A DNA stretch of 60,299 nt from a virus (lineage: Duplodnaviria; Caudoviricetes): positions 1 through 60,299 of IMG/VR virus record IMGVR_UViG_3300022181_000098, one strand, 5' to 3'. The notes under the pieces were generated by a model, which saw nothing but the letters and a program-made list of their open reading frames with translations, did no database searches and was not told the DNA's origin. Made by a program: the position numbers and the translations under genes. Shown one piece after another: positions 43,121-51,076 of this stretch. How positions within the stretch are numbered: the stretch's first letter is position 1; each line of letters begins with the position of its first letter.

Positions 43121-43924
43121 TTACCAGTCATAGGCGTCAGCTCCTTCTCCCCTCGACATCTGAGCAACGAGGGTGTCCCATTTCTCGCGGAGCTTGAGGC
43201 CTGAGAGGATGTTTCCCTTCCAGAACGAGTCGGCCGCCGCCCACGCTATTACCTTCTCAATTCTTTCCGCCGGCCGCTTGTCTATCCGCATGAGCCTCTC
43301 TATATCCAGGGACCATGCGCCGACGGTTTTTTCCTTTCCGCCGTTGTTGAGCGCGTGAAGTTTTGATTCCGGTTGGTTCTTCAATATCGACGAAAAGAGG
43401 AGGTCGGCGAGTCGGACGGCTTCGGTGTCCGACGATATGTTTCTCTTTACTTTACTTTCCTTTCCTTTACTTCCCGGCTTTCCGTCACCGGAAACGTCCT
43501 CTGTGGTATCGTTTCCGGCGCGGAAATTCCCATTACCCCCACCTTCCCGCGCCTGAAACTGTGATATTGATGGTTTCTCGGGAAGGGGTATACTGCGCTT
43601 TCGGTAGACCTCTTTGACACTTTGGACGAAGGAATCGGCCCAAATTATCCGGATCGACCATAGCTCAGGGTCAATGATTTCAATGTCTGAGAGTTTCTGG
43701 AGGATTTCCGGCGCGGAAACCCCCATTTTCGCGCAGATAAATTCCCATTTATCCGGTTTCCGGGCATCATAACAATGACCAGGTTCATTTCCGAGGATCT
43801 CGAAGAGCTTGTAGAAGGCCGCATAGCCGTGGTCCCCCCATCTCTGTTCAAGGATAAAAAGGGTCTTACCATGATGAACATAATGTGGGAAATACTCGAC
43901 GGTCTGCTTTGACGGTCTACCCAT
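43121..43924 (-). CDS. Replication initiator (Lin1244/DUF4373-like N-terminus)
   Basis: MGRP-K-TVEYFPH..ILEQRWG..GYA..KLFE; C-terminal D-R..W..DSFW..NILS..KLREKWD. Confidence 0.8.
   Translation of the reverse strand: MGRPSKQTVEYFPHYVHHGKTLFILEQRWGDHGYAAFYKLFEILGNEPGHCYDARKPDKWEFICAKMGVSAPEILQKLSDIEIIDPELWSIRIIWADSFVQSVKEVYRKRSIPLPEKPSISQFQAREGGGNGNFRAGNDTTEDVSGDGKPGSKGKESKVKRNISSDTEAVRLADLLFSSILKNQPESKLHALNNGGKEKTVGAWSLDIERLMRIDKRPAERIEKVIAWAAADSFWKGNILSGLKLREKWDTLVAQMSRGEGADAYDW
43445..43719. repeat. Probable replication origin iterons inside the initiator gene
   Basis: TTTCCGGCGCGGAAA at 43512-26 and 43705-19, variant at 43479-94, pyrimidine pentamer repeats at 43445-72. Confidence 0.6.
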
Positions 43925-43927
43925 CCC

Positions 43928-44074
43928 CTACCCCTGCCTCATCCAGATCACCGACACCTGGAGGATCGACGCGCCGAACCAGTACATGGCGAGCTTCCAA
44001 TCCCGTTCAAAGACAGCGACGACCAGGATCACCAGGTAAACAATCAGAAGCATCTTGACCAACAATAAAGCCAC
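43928..44074 (-). CDS. Small membrane protein (48 aa)
   Basis: Two hydrophobic segments; ends just before the initiator start. Confidence 0.45.
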   Translation of the reverse strand: MALLLVKMLLIVYLVILVVAVFERDWKLAMYWFGASILQVSVIWMRQG

Positions 44075-44160
44075 GCGGAACCCCTTCCTTGCTTATTCCC
44101 CCCCACCCCGTGCTATGATTTGCTTGCGGGCAAAATCCACAATAGAGGAGGTGAGGGGAA

Positions 44161-44301
44161 ATGATGTCAGACGACCAGGTATTAAAAGAAGCGGCAGAGA
44201 TCGTGAAGGTTTATATCGCCGCAAAAGGACCAACACGAGATCAGGTTGTGGAATTTCTGGAACAGGTTCATACGAAGCTAAAAGAGTTAAACGCGCGTTA
44301 G
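44161..44301 (+). CDS. 46-aa protein on the strand opposite the early operon (not in the ORF track)
   Basis: GAGGAGGTGA RBS, extended -10 TGcTATGAT (44111-19); MMSDDQVLKEAAEIVKVYIAAKGPTRDQVVEFLEQVHTKLKELNAR. Confidence 0.7.
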   Translation: MMSDDQVLKEAAEIVKVYIAAKGPTRDQVVEFLEQVHTKLKELNAR

Positions 44302-44489
44302 AACTCAACCTTCACCACCTGAGGGAGGAGTCGTGCCAGTTCAAACTCGTTGTGCCCCGGGAACTCCTCCTTCAGTACCCTGATAGCTTCCTTCAACCCA
44401 TTTATCTTGTCCCGTCCTGCGCTGGTAAGTTCGTTCAGACTGTTACATTTCTTTTCCAATCCTTCGATCGCTTCCGTTAAACCTGACAT
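44298..44489 (-). CDS. Hypothetical coiled-coil protein
   Basis: AAGGAGG RBS, 63 aa. Confidence 0.5.
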   Translation of the reverse strand: MSGLTEAIEGLEKKCNSLNELTSAGRDKINGLKEAIRVLKEEFPGHNEFELARLLPQVVKVEF

Positions 44490-44653
44490 AATCCCTCCTT
44501 TGTTCTCTCCACCAACGCCAGATTCCCACATTTGGGACACCGATACTGCCAGTAGAATCCGGTCGGTCTTCCCCTCAGCATCGGGTTCTCTTCCCCTTTC
44601 TCCAGGCAGACCGGGCAGAGTTCGGCATTATTGTCCAAGACGGTTCTGCTCAA
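44477..44653 (-). CDS. Small zinc-ribbon protein
   Basis: CPVC...CPKC; TTGA overlap with the upstream stop. Confidence 0.5.
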   Translation of the reverse strand: MSRTVLDNNAELCPVCLEKGEENPMLRGRPTGFYWQYRCPKCGNLALVERTKEGLCQV

Positions 44654-45099
44654 TGCCGGCCTTCCTTGCTCTTCTTTTTTTTAAACGCCACCGCGAAGAG
44701 GCCCTTGTGTGACTTTATGTAGCTGTCCAGAATTTCGTCCGGGTCCAGGCCGTGTTCCTTGAAGGCCTGCCTGAGGACGATAACCTCGTTCTTCGGGTCG
44801 AGTCTCACCTTTCGGGCGGTCCTCTCAAACCCGTGATTGTCAGCCAGGTGGTTGATCAGGATGTCGGCGCGGCCGGTGACCACGCAGATCCGGTCGATGT
44901 CCTTCGGCTTGAAGTGCTGGCCACTGTTGGGGTCGAGGCACTTCGTCAGCCAACTCTTCGCATTCCTTACTTTGGCATCGTCGTCGCGGCCGCGGATGTC
45001 GGGCCGGGCCAGAATGGCTATTTGCTTGCGACTATAGCCGTGGATGTTACGGTCGATCATGAACTCGATGGCTTCTAGCATATCAGTCGGCTGGTCCAT
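44650..45099 (-). CDS. CII-like / YmfL-like phage regulatory protein
   Basis: Downstream of cro; L-KCLDPN..HF..I-RIC-VTG..LA..GF pattern. Confidence 0.6.
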   Translation of the reverse strand: MDQPTDMLEAIEFMIDRNIHGYSRKQIAILARPDIRGRDDDAKVRNAKSWLTKCLDPNSGQHFKPKDIDRICVVTGRADILINHLADNHGFERTARKVRLDPKNEVIVLRQAFKEHGLDPDEILDSYIKSHKGLFAVAFKKKKSKEGRH

Positions 45100-45197
45100 G
45101 TACCCTTCCAACTTTGTTTCCTTACTACACCGCAGGGATCGCGGGATAATTGGGGCATGTGCTACCCCCTCTCATTATCTGACAGTTCCCGATCCGG

Positions 45198-45395
45198 CTA
45201 TTTCACCCTGTCCAGTATCGTCTGGATGTCGGGTCGAAGATCGACCGCTCTATACTTCCCGCCGCTCGCCTTCTCGATTTCTAACGCGAGGTTGATCGAC
45301 GGCTTGACCCTGCCGTTAAGGACGGCATTAAGGTGTATATGATTGACGCCCAGTTCCTCGGCCAACTTCTTTTGGTTGGATTTCGTTTTGTCCAT
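45198..45395 (-). CDS. cro: Cro-like XRE HTH regulator
   Basis: NQKKLAEELGV..HLNAVLNGRVKPS..LALEIEKASGG..DLRPD; divergent from the repressor. Confidence 0.85.
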   Translation of the reverse strand: MDKTKSNQKKLAEELGVNHIHLNAVLNGRVKPSINLALEIEKASGGKYRAVDLRPDIQTILDRVK

Positions 45396-45402
45396 AAAGT
45401 AC

Positions 45403-45482
45403 ACCATAAACAATATTCGTTTACCTGTCAAGCCCTAAGTAAACAATTTTCTACACTATGCGAAGTAAATAAAAATTGTTAA
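45403..45482. promoter_or_regulatory. PR-like promoter and operators
   Basis: - strand TTGACA-17-TATGGT (45431-45403) enclosing GTAAAC..GTTTA inverted repeat; degenerate copies at ~45439 and ~45465. Confidence 0.75.
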
Positions 45483-45491
45483 GAGATAATT

Positions 45492-46049
45492 ATGCCGAAG
45501 AAGACCGTTAAGGGTGGATCTCCCAAGAGGCAAGAATTTTACTACGAAAAGGTGGCCCGAGAAAACGCCAGACGGTTCATAGACGAAAGCTCCATGTCCC
45601 AACGAGCCGTCGCAAAAGAACTCGGCATGAATCACTACCAGGAATTGAACAACATGCTCCGGGGGAGTACGACCATACTCAACCAAATCCCTGCATTAGC
45701 CCGCGTGCTCGGGAAATCTGAATGTGACTTTTTCAAGGAATCGAGTGCCCATGGCGACAAACTCTCCGCCATAAACAAATACGGTCGCCTCGTTTCGAAG
45801 GTCGTCGATATCATGGATTCAGACGATAAGGGCACGAAGACCGCTCTTGTCCAGAATATCCAGATGTTCCACGAAAAGATCAGCGAGAGACGGAAGGCCA
45901 GCAAGCAAATCAAATCGCTTGGCGATAAGGTGGCTGATCTGACTCAGGAGGTGCGCAATCTCGCGCGGCAGAACGATGCCCTCCAGAAGTCCCTCGGGTC
46001 AGATCCCCTTCCCGTCAATTCCGCCATGACGGAGAAGGGGAGAACGTGA
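45492..46049 (+). CDS. CI-like repressor (XRE HTH plus coiled coil, no S24 peptidase)
   Basis: MSQRAVAKELGM..ELNNMLRG..LARVLG; divergent from cro. Confidence 0.75.
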   Translation: MPKKTVKGGSPKRQEFYYEKVARENARRFIDESSMSQRAVAKELGMNHYQELNNMLRGSTTILNQIPALARVLGKSECDFFKESSAHGDKLSAINKYGRLVSKVVDIMDSDDKGTKTALVQNIQMFHEKISERRKASKQIKSLGDKVADLTQEVRNLARQNDALQKSLGSDPLPVNSAMTEKGRT

Positions 46050-46189
46050 TTTATGTGGAGTTTGGAAGGGTCTGTGTTGGAGAACCGGTAGCGGGGATAG
46101 ATCAGGAATCAAGCAGTCCACGTTGATTTCTCACCTATCGACACTCAGTAGTGGGCTCTTGCCCGTAAATAGAATTACAGGAGGGAACC

Positions 46190-46441
46190 ATGAAGGGGTT
46201 CGCATTTCTCGTGCTTTTCGCGGTTCTTGCAACATCATCTTTCGCTGGTCAGTTGTCTCAACAGACCGCAAGTGACCGAGATCCGCCACGGGTCGATTGG
46301 AAGAGTCTTTGCACCCGTAATTACCAGCCAATCGAGGAACGCCGGGGCTGTTGTTCCCACCACGGCGGGGTCTGCGGCTGCCAGGGAGGCCGGGCGCTTT
46401 GTTGCGACGGAACCCTGAGCCCGAGCTGTGGGTGCGACTGA
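46190..46441 (+). CDS. Secreted Cys-rich small protein
   Basis: Signal peptide; RRGCCSHHGGVCGC..CCDGTLSPSCGC. Confidence 0.75.
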   Translation: MKGFAFLVLFAVLATSSFAGQLSQQTASDRDPPRVDWKSLCTRNYQPIEERRGCCSHHGGVCGCQGGRALCCDGTLSPSCGCD

Positions 46442-46459
46442 TCCGGAAGGAGAAACTAT

Positions 46460-46624
46460 ATGCGAACACGTTTTCTGCGGATAGCGTTGATCGTCTGTGT
46501 TCTGCTGGGAATCCTCGGGGGATGCGCCACATATCAGGGCGATAGGATCAGACCTGCCGAGTATTATAGAGACGGCAAGCCCGTTCCCGGTAATTACAGA
46601 GTTGAATCGGTGTTCCAGTTTTGA
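46460..46624 (+). CDS. Small lipoprotein (54 aa, not in the ORF track)
   Basis: AAGGAG RBS; MRTRFLRIALIVCVLLGILGGC lipobox. Confidence 0.65.
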   Translation: MRTRFLRIALIVCVLLGILGGCATYQGDRIRPAEYYRDGKPVPGNYRVESVFQF

Positions 46625-46920
46625 ACTACTCTTTTCTTCGCAACCTCTCGGCCAGAGATCCGGAGCTTGCCGAGAGGTTGCGAAGCGCCCTTCATGAGAC
46701 GACCCCTGACACCGCCCGGCAGGGGGCTCCTCCTAACCCCAAATCTAACCCTTCGATAATAAGATTTTTTTGCATCTCCGTTCGGAAGGTGATATCAACA
46801 AGCATCTTATGGACTGTCCGTGTGTGGTTTGTCCTTGCAGTGGTCGGAATATTGCTTGCCTTTATTGCCGGTTTCTTCCGGGGATGCTCCGCGTTTCTGG
46901 GTCCGCTTCCCCCGGATTAA
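46621..46920 (+). CDS. Membrane protein
   Basis: C-terminal TM; TTG start overlaps the lipoprotein stop (or is a frameshifted continuation of it). Confidence 0.45.
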   Translation: MNYSFLRNLSARDPELAERLRSALHETTPDTARQGAPPNPKSNPSIIRFFCISVRKVISTSILWTVRVWFVLAVVGILLAFIAGFFRGCSAFLGPLPPD

Positions 46921-46930
46921 GGAGGAATAG

Positions 46931-48217
46931 ATGATAATGGTGCGGTCCGTGCTGGTTGTCTGTGCTGTGTGCCTTCTCGTTCCGATCGCCCTCCACGCTC
47001 GCGGGATAACGAGCAGGTATGATGTCACGTTCGGCGGTTATGTGAAGTACGACTTCGGCTGGTCTTCCCAGAACACATCGGCCGATCCGGCGGGGGCCTA
47101 CAGGACCAGTACATTGAGCAGGGTTGTGCTCGGAGACGAGTACGGCAACACCTTCATGAGCGGTGCTGAGACCCGCTTCAATTTCCTCATCAAGGGTCCC
47201 GACCTGTGGGGCGCCAAGACGAGCGCCTTCATCGAGGGGGATTTCCGTGGTGTCGACACTGACAATCGTTATGGTGGTTTTCAGATACGGCACGCCTTCC
47301 TGACGCTGTCTTGGCGGAAGGCAGAGTTGATGATCGGCCAGAACTGGCAGCAGTGGGGCATGCCATACTACGTAGCCGCGATCGGCGCCAACGACTTTGC
47401 CATGTACAACCGGGGCGTGAGGCAGCCCCAGGTGGCATTCAGATATCTGTTCACGAAAGAACTGAACGCCATGTTCGGGGCGATATCAGCAACGGATGCC
47501 TATGGTGTGATCCGCGGATACAACGACGGCTACGCGATCAGCGACTGGCCCGGTCTCATGGGCGAGTTCGCTTACTGGACCGACCGTGCTGGCAGGATCG
47601 GCCCTCACAACATGAAGTTTGCCCTCGGCGGTTACTTCGGAAGACACAAGGAGCCCGGCACGGACCCCGCCGATCGGTCAAGGATCAAGGACGACACCCT
47701 AAACGCCTGGCAAGCCACATTCCGCTACTCAGTGCCGATCATTGCGGAAAGGAGAGGCAGCAAGCAAATGGGCCTTCTCCTCAACGGCAGCTTCTTCATC
47801 GGCCAGGATTCCGGTGGCGCCGGCAATTTCCTCTCCCGCGATGCCGATTCCGGCACCTACACCTTCACCAGTCGCACGGGAGACTGGTGGACGGAAGCCC
47901 CTCAGTACTTCGGGCTTTTTTCCCAAGCCAGCTGGTGGCTTACCAATGCCCTGTCGGTCAACGGAATCTACGGTTACGTAAAGCGCAACTTCAGTTCGGC
48001 GTCCCGCAACGGCCTGCCAAATCTGGTTAACATGCAGCAAAGCTACGCCGCCAGCATCCTTTGGGACGCCAACGAATCCATCCGATTTGGCCTCCAATGG
48101 ATGCGGATCTTCACTTCCTACAACGGTCCCGGAGGTGGAGTTGGAGCCGGGGCCGGTCTGGCGCAGAGCACGGGTGTCATAGATCAGTACCGAGTGGGGG
48201 CATGGTACTTCTTCTGA
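46931..48217 (+). CDS. Outer-membrane porin, DcaP-like
   Basis: Signal peptide, FGGYVKYD..ETRF..FIEGDF..IRHAF..GQNW..RQPQ, amphipathic beta strands, C-terminal aromatic residues (WYFF). Confidence 0.85.
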   Translation: MIMVRSVLVVCAVCLLVPIALHARGITSRYDVTFGGYVKYDFGWSSQNTSADPAGAYRTSTLSRVVLGDEYGNTFMSGAETRFNFLIKGPDLWGAKTSAFIEGDFRGVDTDNRYGGFQIRHAFLTLSWRKAELMIGQNWQQWGMPYYVAAIGANDFAMYNRGVRQPQVAFRYLFTKELNAMFGAISATDAYGVIRGYNDGYAISDWPGLMGEFAYWTDRAGRIGPHNMKFALGGYFGRHKEPGTDPADRSRIKDDTLNAWQATFRYSVPIIAERRGSKQMGLLLNGSFFIGQDSGGAGNFLSRDADSGTYTFTSRTGDWWTEAPQYFGLFSQASWWLTNALSVNGIYGYVKRNFSSASRNGLPNLVNMQQSYAASILWDANESIRFGLQWMRIFTSYNGPGGGVGAGAGLAQSTGVIDQYRVGAWYFF

Positions 48218-48371
48218 GATCGGTTCACACTTAAGCATACCGCCCCAGCCGGAGCAATCCCTCCTGTATCTCGTGGGCGTTCTCCCAACGAAGGCAAGGA
48301 ATAATTTCACTTCAGCGACCCTCGGGTCGTCTCCTTGTCCGTCTGACCAATAATCTTTGTTTATTTTTTTC

Positions 48372-48400
48372 TTGACAGGTAAACGATGATTGTTTACTCT
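48372..48400 (+). promoter_or_regulatory. PL-like promoter with operator
   Basis: TTGACA-17-TACTCT enclosing GTAAAC-N7-GTTTAC; near-identical to the PR sequence; T-rich UP element upstream. Confidence 0.8.
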
Positions 48401-48436
48401 TTCCACATGATGATCACCCAACCCAAGGAGGTCTCG

Positions 48437-48538
48437 ATGACCCACAAAAGCGACCACCCTTTGTCAGACCTCGTCTGGTCAGCCGTGGCTATCATCTCCA
48501 TCGCGGCGATCATACCGATCCTGATGGTGAACATATGA
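48437..48538 (+). CDS. 33-aa single-TM peptide
   Basis: AAGGAGG RBS; ATGA overlap with the next gene. Confidence 0.5.
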   Translation: MTHKSDHPLSDLVWSAVAIISIAAIIPILMVNI

Positions 48539-48939
48539 AACTTTTGCCCGCCTTCATCCTGCTGTGCCTGCTACTTTGCTCTACCCCCACAGGGACGGAG
48601 CAGCCACATCCTGTCAATACACAAGCTCCGTCCCGCCCCCTGATCGAGGCGATGATCAAGGTCGAAAGTTCCGGCAATCCGAAGGCCGTCAGCAGGTGCG
48701 GGGCGCAGGGACTCATGCAAGTCAGGTGGTCGGTCTGGAAGGACGAACTCAGGAGGGCGGAGATAGCCTACAGGAAACAAGACCTCTTCGACCCCGAGAC
48801 GAACGTCAGGGCCGGGTCCTATGTCCTGGCACACTATCTCAGGAAGCATAACGGCAATCTTCCTAAGGCCCTGCACGCCTATTCAGGCGGAGCGAGAGGG
48901 TATGTGAGGAAGGTCATGGAGGCGAAGGGAGGCAAATAA
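48535..48939 (+). CDS. Second SLT lytic transglycosylase (secreted, early operon)
   Basis: IKVESSGNP, GAQGLMQV, LFDP..N..G..L, AL-AYSGG; signal peptide. Confidence 0.9.
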   Translation: MKLLPAFILLCLLLCSTPTGTEQPHPVNTQAPSRPLIEAMIKVESSGNPKAVSRCGAQGLMQVRWSVWKDELRRAEIAYRKQDLFDPETNVRAGSYVLAHYLRKHNGNLPKALHAYSGGARGYVRKVMEAKGGK

Positions 48940-49370
48940 TGCGTGAAAATTCTCCTCTGTGCCCCCACTGCCAAACCTACAGAATGTACCGGGACGACCC
49001 CACGGTCGACGCTCTCGCCTGCCGTTGCGGCTACGTCCTCTATCCCGGGTTTCCACCGCGTTCCGGAAATGAGCAGCGGGGCCTCAAGAAACGCGAGATG
49101 CTGCGCCAGCACCAGGACCTGAAGGCGCGGGGCCTCGTCAGCGAGGAAAGAAACGTCAGCGTTACCGAGGAGACAAAGCTGTGTGCACACTGCAGGCGGA
49201 TCGAGGTGCCCAGGGGGATTACCTACTGTGATAGCTGTAAGAGGGAGATCAACCGGGCCAACGTCGCCGCATGGAAGGCGGCTCACCCCGAGAGGTACGC
49301 ACAGATCCAGCAGAAATTCCAGGAGCGTCGGACGGCAAACCGAAGGTGCGCAGCCGACATCGGCTCCTGA
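48939..49370 (+). CDS. Zinc-finger protein
   Basis: CPHC, CRCG, CAHC, CDSC. Confidence 0.6.
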   Translation: MRENSPLCPHCQTYRMYRDDPTVDALACRCGYVLYPGFPPRSGNEQRGLKKREMLRQHQDLKARGLVSEERNVSVTEETKLCAHCRRIEVPRGITYCDSCKREINRANVAAWKAAHPERYAQIQQKFQERRTANRRCAADIGS

Positions 49371-49390
49371 GAGGGGGAGGAGTCATCCAG

Positions 49391-49540
49391 ATGAAGAAAC
49401 CCTATACCAACACAGACCTATCCGACCGGCAGTGCAAGAAATGCGGGCGGTATCTCAAGAAGAACCTTGTAGCCAAAATTCCCGGTGCGGAGTATTGCTG
49501 GCGCTGCTGGCGGGGGAAAGGAGGATCTCAACAAGAGTAG
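49391..49540 (+). CDS. Small zinc-finger protein
   Basis: CKKC..CWRC; GGAGGAG RBS. Confidence 0.55.
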   Translation: MKKPYTNTDLSDRQCKKCGRYLKKNLVAKIPGAEYCWRCWRGKGGSQQE

Positions 49541-49604
49541 TACCCACAGAGCGGGGCCGGGCTCATGCCGGGTACCGGCCCCGCGAATTGAGAGGAGGCA
49601 AACC

Positions 49605-49814
49605 ATGTCAATGCTGTTTTCGGGTCGCATCACAGGGGTACAGCTGTTCGAGTCGTCGATCCCCTCCACGGTCACCCTTACCGGTCACCTGGAGGACGTC
49701 GCCTGCACCATAACCATACAGGTCAACCGGGATAAGGCGAAGGCGATTGCCGGCGCCTACGGCATCGACGATGAGCCGATGCCCATACAGCTGGGGAACG
49801 GGGGGAAGCTATGA
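49605..49814 (+). CDS. Hypothetical protein
   Basis: AGGAGG RBS; ATGA overlap with sbcD. Confidence 0.55.
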   Translation: MSMLFSGRITGVQLFESSIPSTVTLTGHLEDVACTITIQVNRDKAKAIAGAYGIDDEPMPIQLGNGGKL

Positions 49815-51076
49815 AAGTGTTCCATATCGCAGACGTCCACTTCAACAACAAGGTGCAGCTTCTCGCGGACATCATGAAGTGCGGGGATTTCATTGTGGGG
49901 AAGGCGATGGATGAGGTGCCGGACCTTATCGCCATCGCCGGCGACCTCTTCGACGAAGGGGTCCAGCTCGGCAGCCCGGCGAGTCTCGCGGCGATCGAGT
50001 TCGTCTATAAATGCGCCAACGTGGCGCCGACCGTCGTCATCAGGGGCACCACCAGTCACGACGCAGAAGGGAGCATCAACGCCCTGGCCAAGCTCAGAAC
50101 CGCCCACCCTACCTACGTCACTGACAGACTTGAGCAATTCGCAATCACAAACGTCTACGGGGACCGCCACATGGTAAGAATCGAGGAGGATGGAATAATA
50201 GCTCACGGAGCCGTTGCCATTATCTCAACGCTCCCCTCCATCAACAAGGCCAACGTCATGGCCACCCTCTCCGGGTCCGTCACCGACACCGGCCGCGAAA
50301 CCATGGATCTGGTCCGTGACGTGCTGCAGGGCTGGGGGGTGATCAACGAACAGGCAAGGGCTCTCGGCATCCCCACCATCCTCATCGGCCACGGCACGGT
50401 GACGGGCTCGCAGCTCTCCACCGGTCAGACCATGGCCGGCAAGGATCTGGAATACACGACCGGGGATCTTTACCTGGCGAAGTGCGACCTATACTGCCTG
50501 GGTCACATCCACAAACGCCAGGAATGGGGCAACATCTTTTATTCCGGCAGCATCACGAGGCTGAACTATGGGGAGCAGGAGGAAAAAGGGTTCTATGTCC
50601 ACGAAATTAAACATAACGTGATGACCACGGGCCACGTGCCCTTTTTAGCCGAGTCTCGCTTTGTTGAGACCCCGGCCCGCGCGATGCGCACGAAACGCCC
50701 CGAAGGCCTCCCGGGTGTCGAGGTAGTCGAGGACGTCCAGCAGGGCGACCTGGTCAGGATCGTCTACGAGGTGGCGGAATCCGACATTGGCAAGGTCGAC
50801 GAGCAGGCCATTATCGACGCGGCCATGGCAAGGGGCGCCGCGGAGGTCAAGATCGAGAAGCAGATCATCCCCACGGTCCGCGTCAGGGCCGAGGGTATCA
50901 GCCGCCTGGGCAGCCTCGAGGAGAAGCTCCTGAAGTGGGGCGAGACCACGGGTCAGGGCATCACCGCGGAGATCTCCGAGAAGCTGGCGCTCCTCGAGGA
51001 GACGGAGGATCCGCAGACGATCATCGAGCACGTCTATGAAGGGAGGGTCAATGAAGCCAATTCAGCTGCTGCTTAA
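49811..51076 (+). CDS. sbcD: SbcD/Mre11-like metallophosphoesterase nuclease
   Basis: ADVH, AGDLFD, GTTSHD, GHG, LGHIH, YSGS. Confidence 0.9.
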   Translation: MKVFHIADVHFNNKVQLLADIMKCGDFIVGKAMDEVPDLIAIAGDLFDEGVQLGSPASLAAIEFVYKCANVAPTVVIRGTTSHDAEGSINALAKLRTAHPTYVTDRLEQFAITNVYGDRHMVRIEEDGIIAHGAVAIISTLPSINKANVMATLSGSVTDTGRETMDLVRDVLQGWGVINEQARALGIPTILIGHGTVTGSQLSTGQTMAGKDLEYTTGDLYLAKCDLYCLGHIHKRQEWGNIFYSGSITRLNYGEQEEKGFYVHEIKHNVMTTGHVPFLAESRFVETPARAMRTKRPEGLPGVEVVEDVQQGDLVRIVYEVAESDIGKVDEQAIIDAAMARGAAEVKIEKQIIPTVRVRAEGISRLGSLEEKLLKWGETTGQGITAEISEKLALLEETEDPQTIIEHVYEGRVNEANSAAA

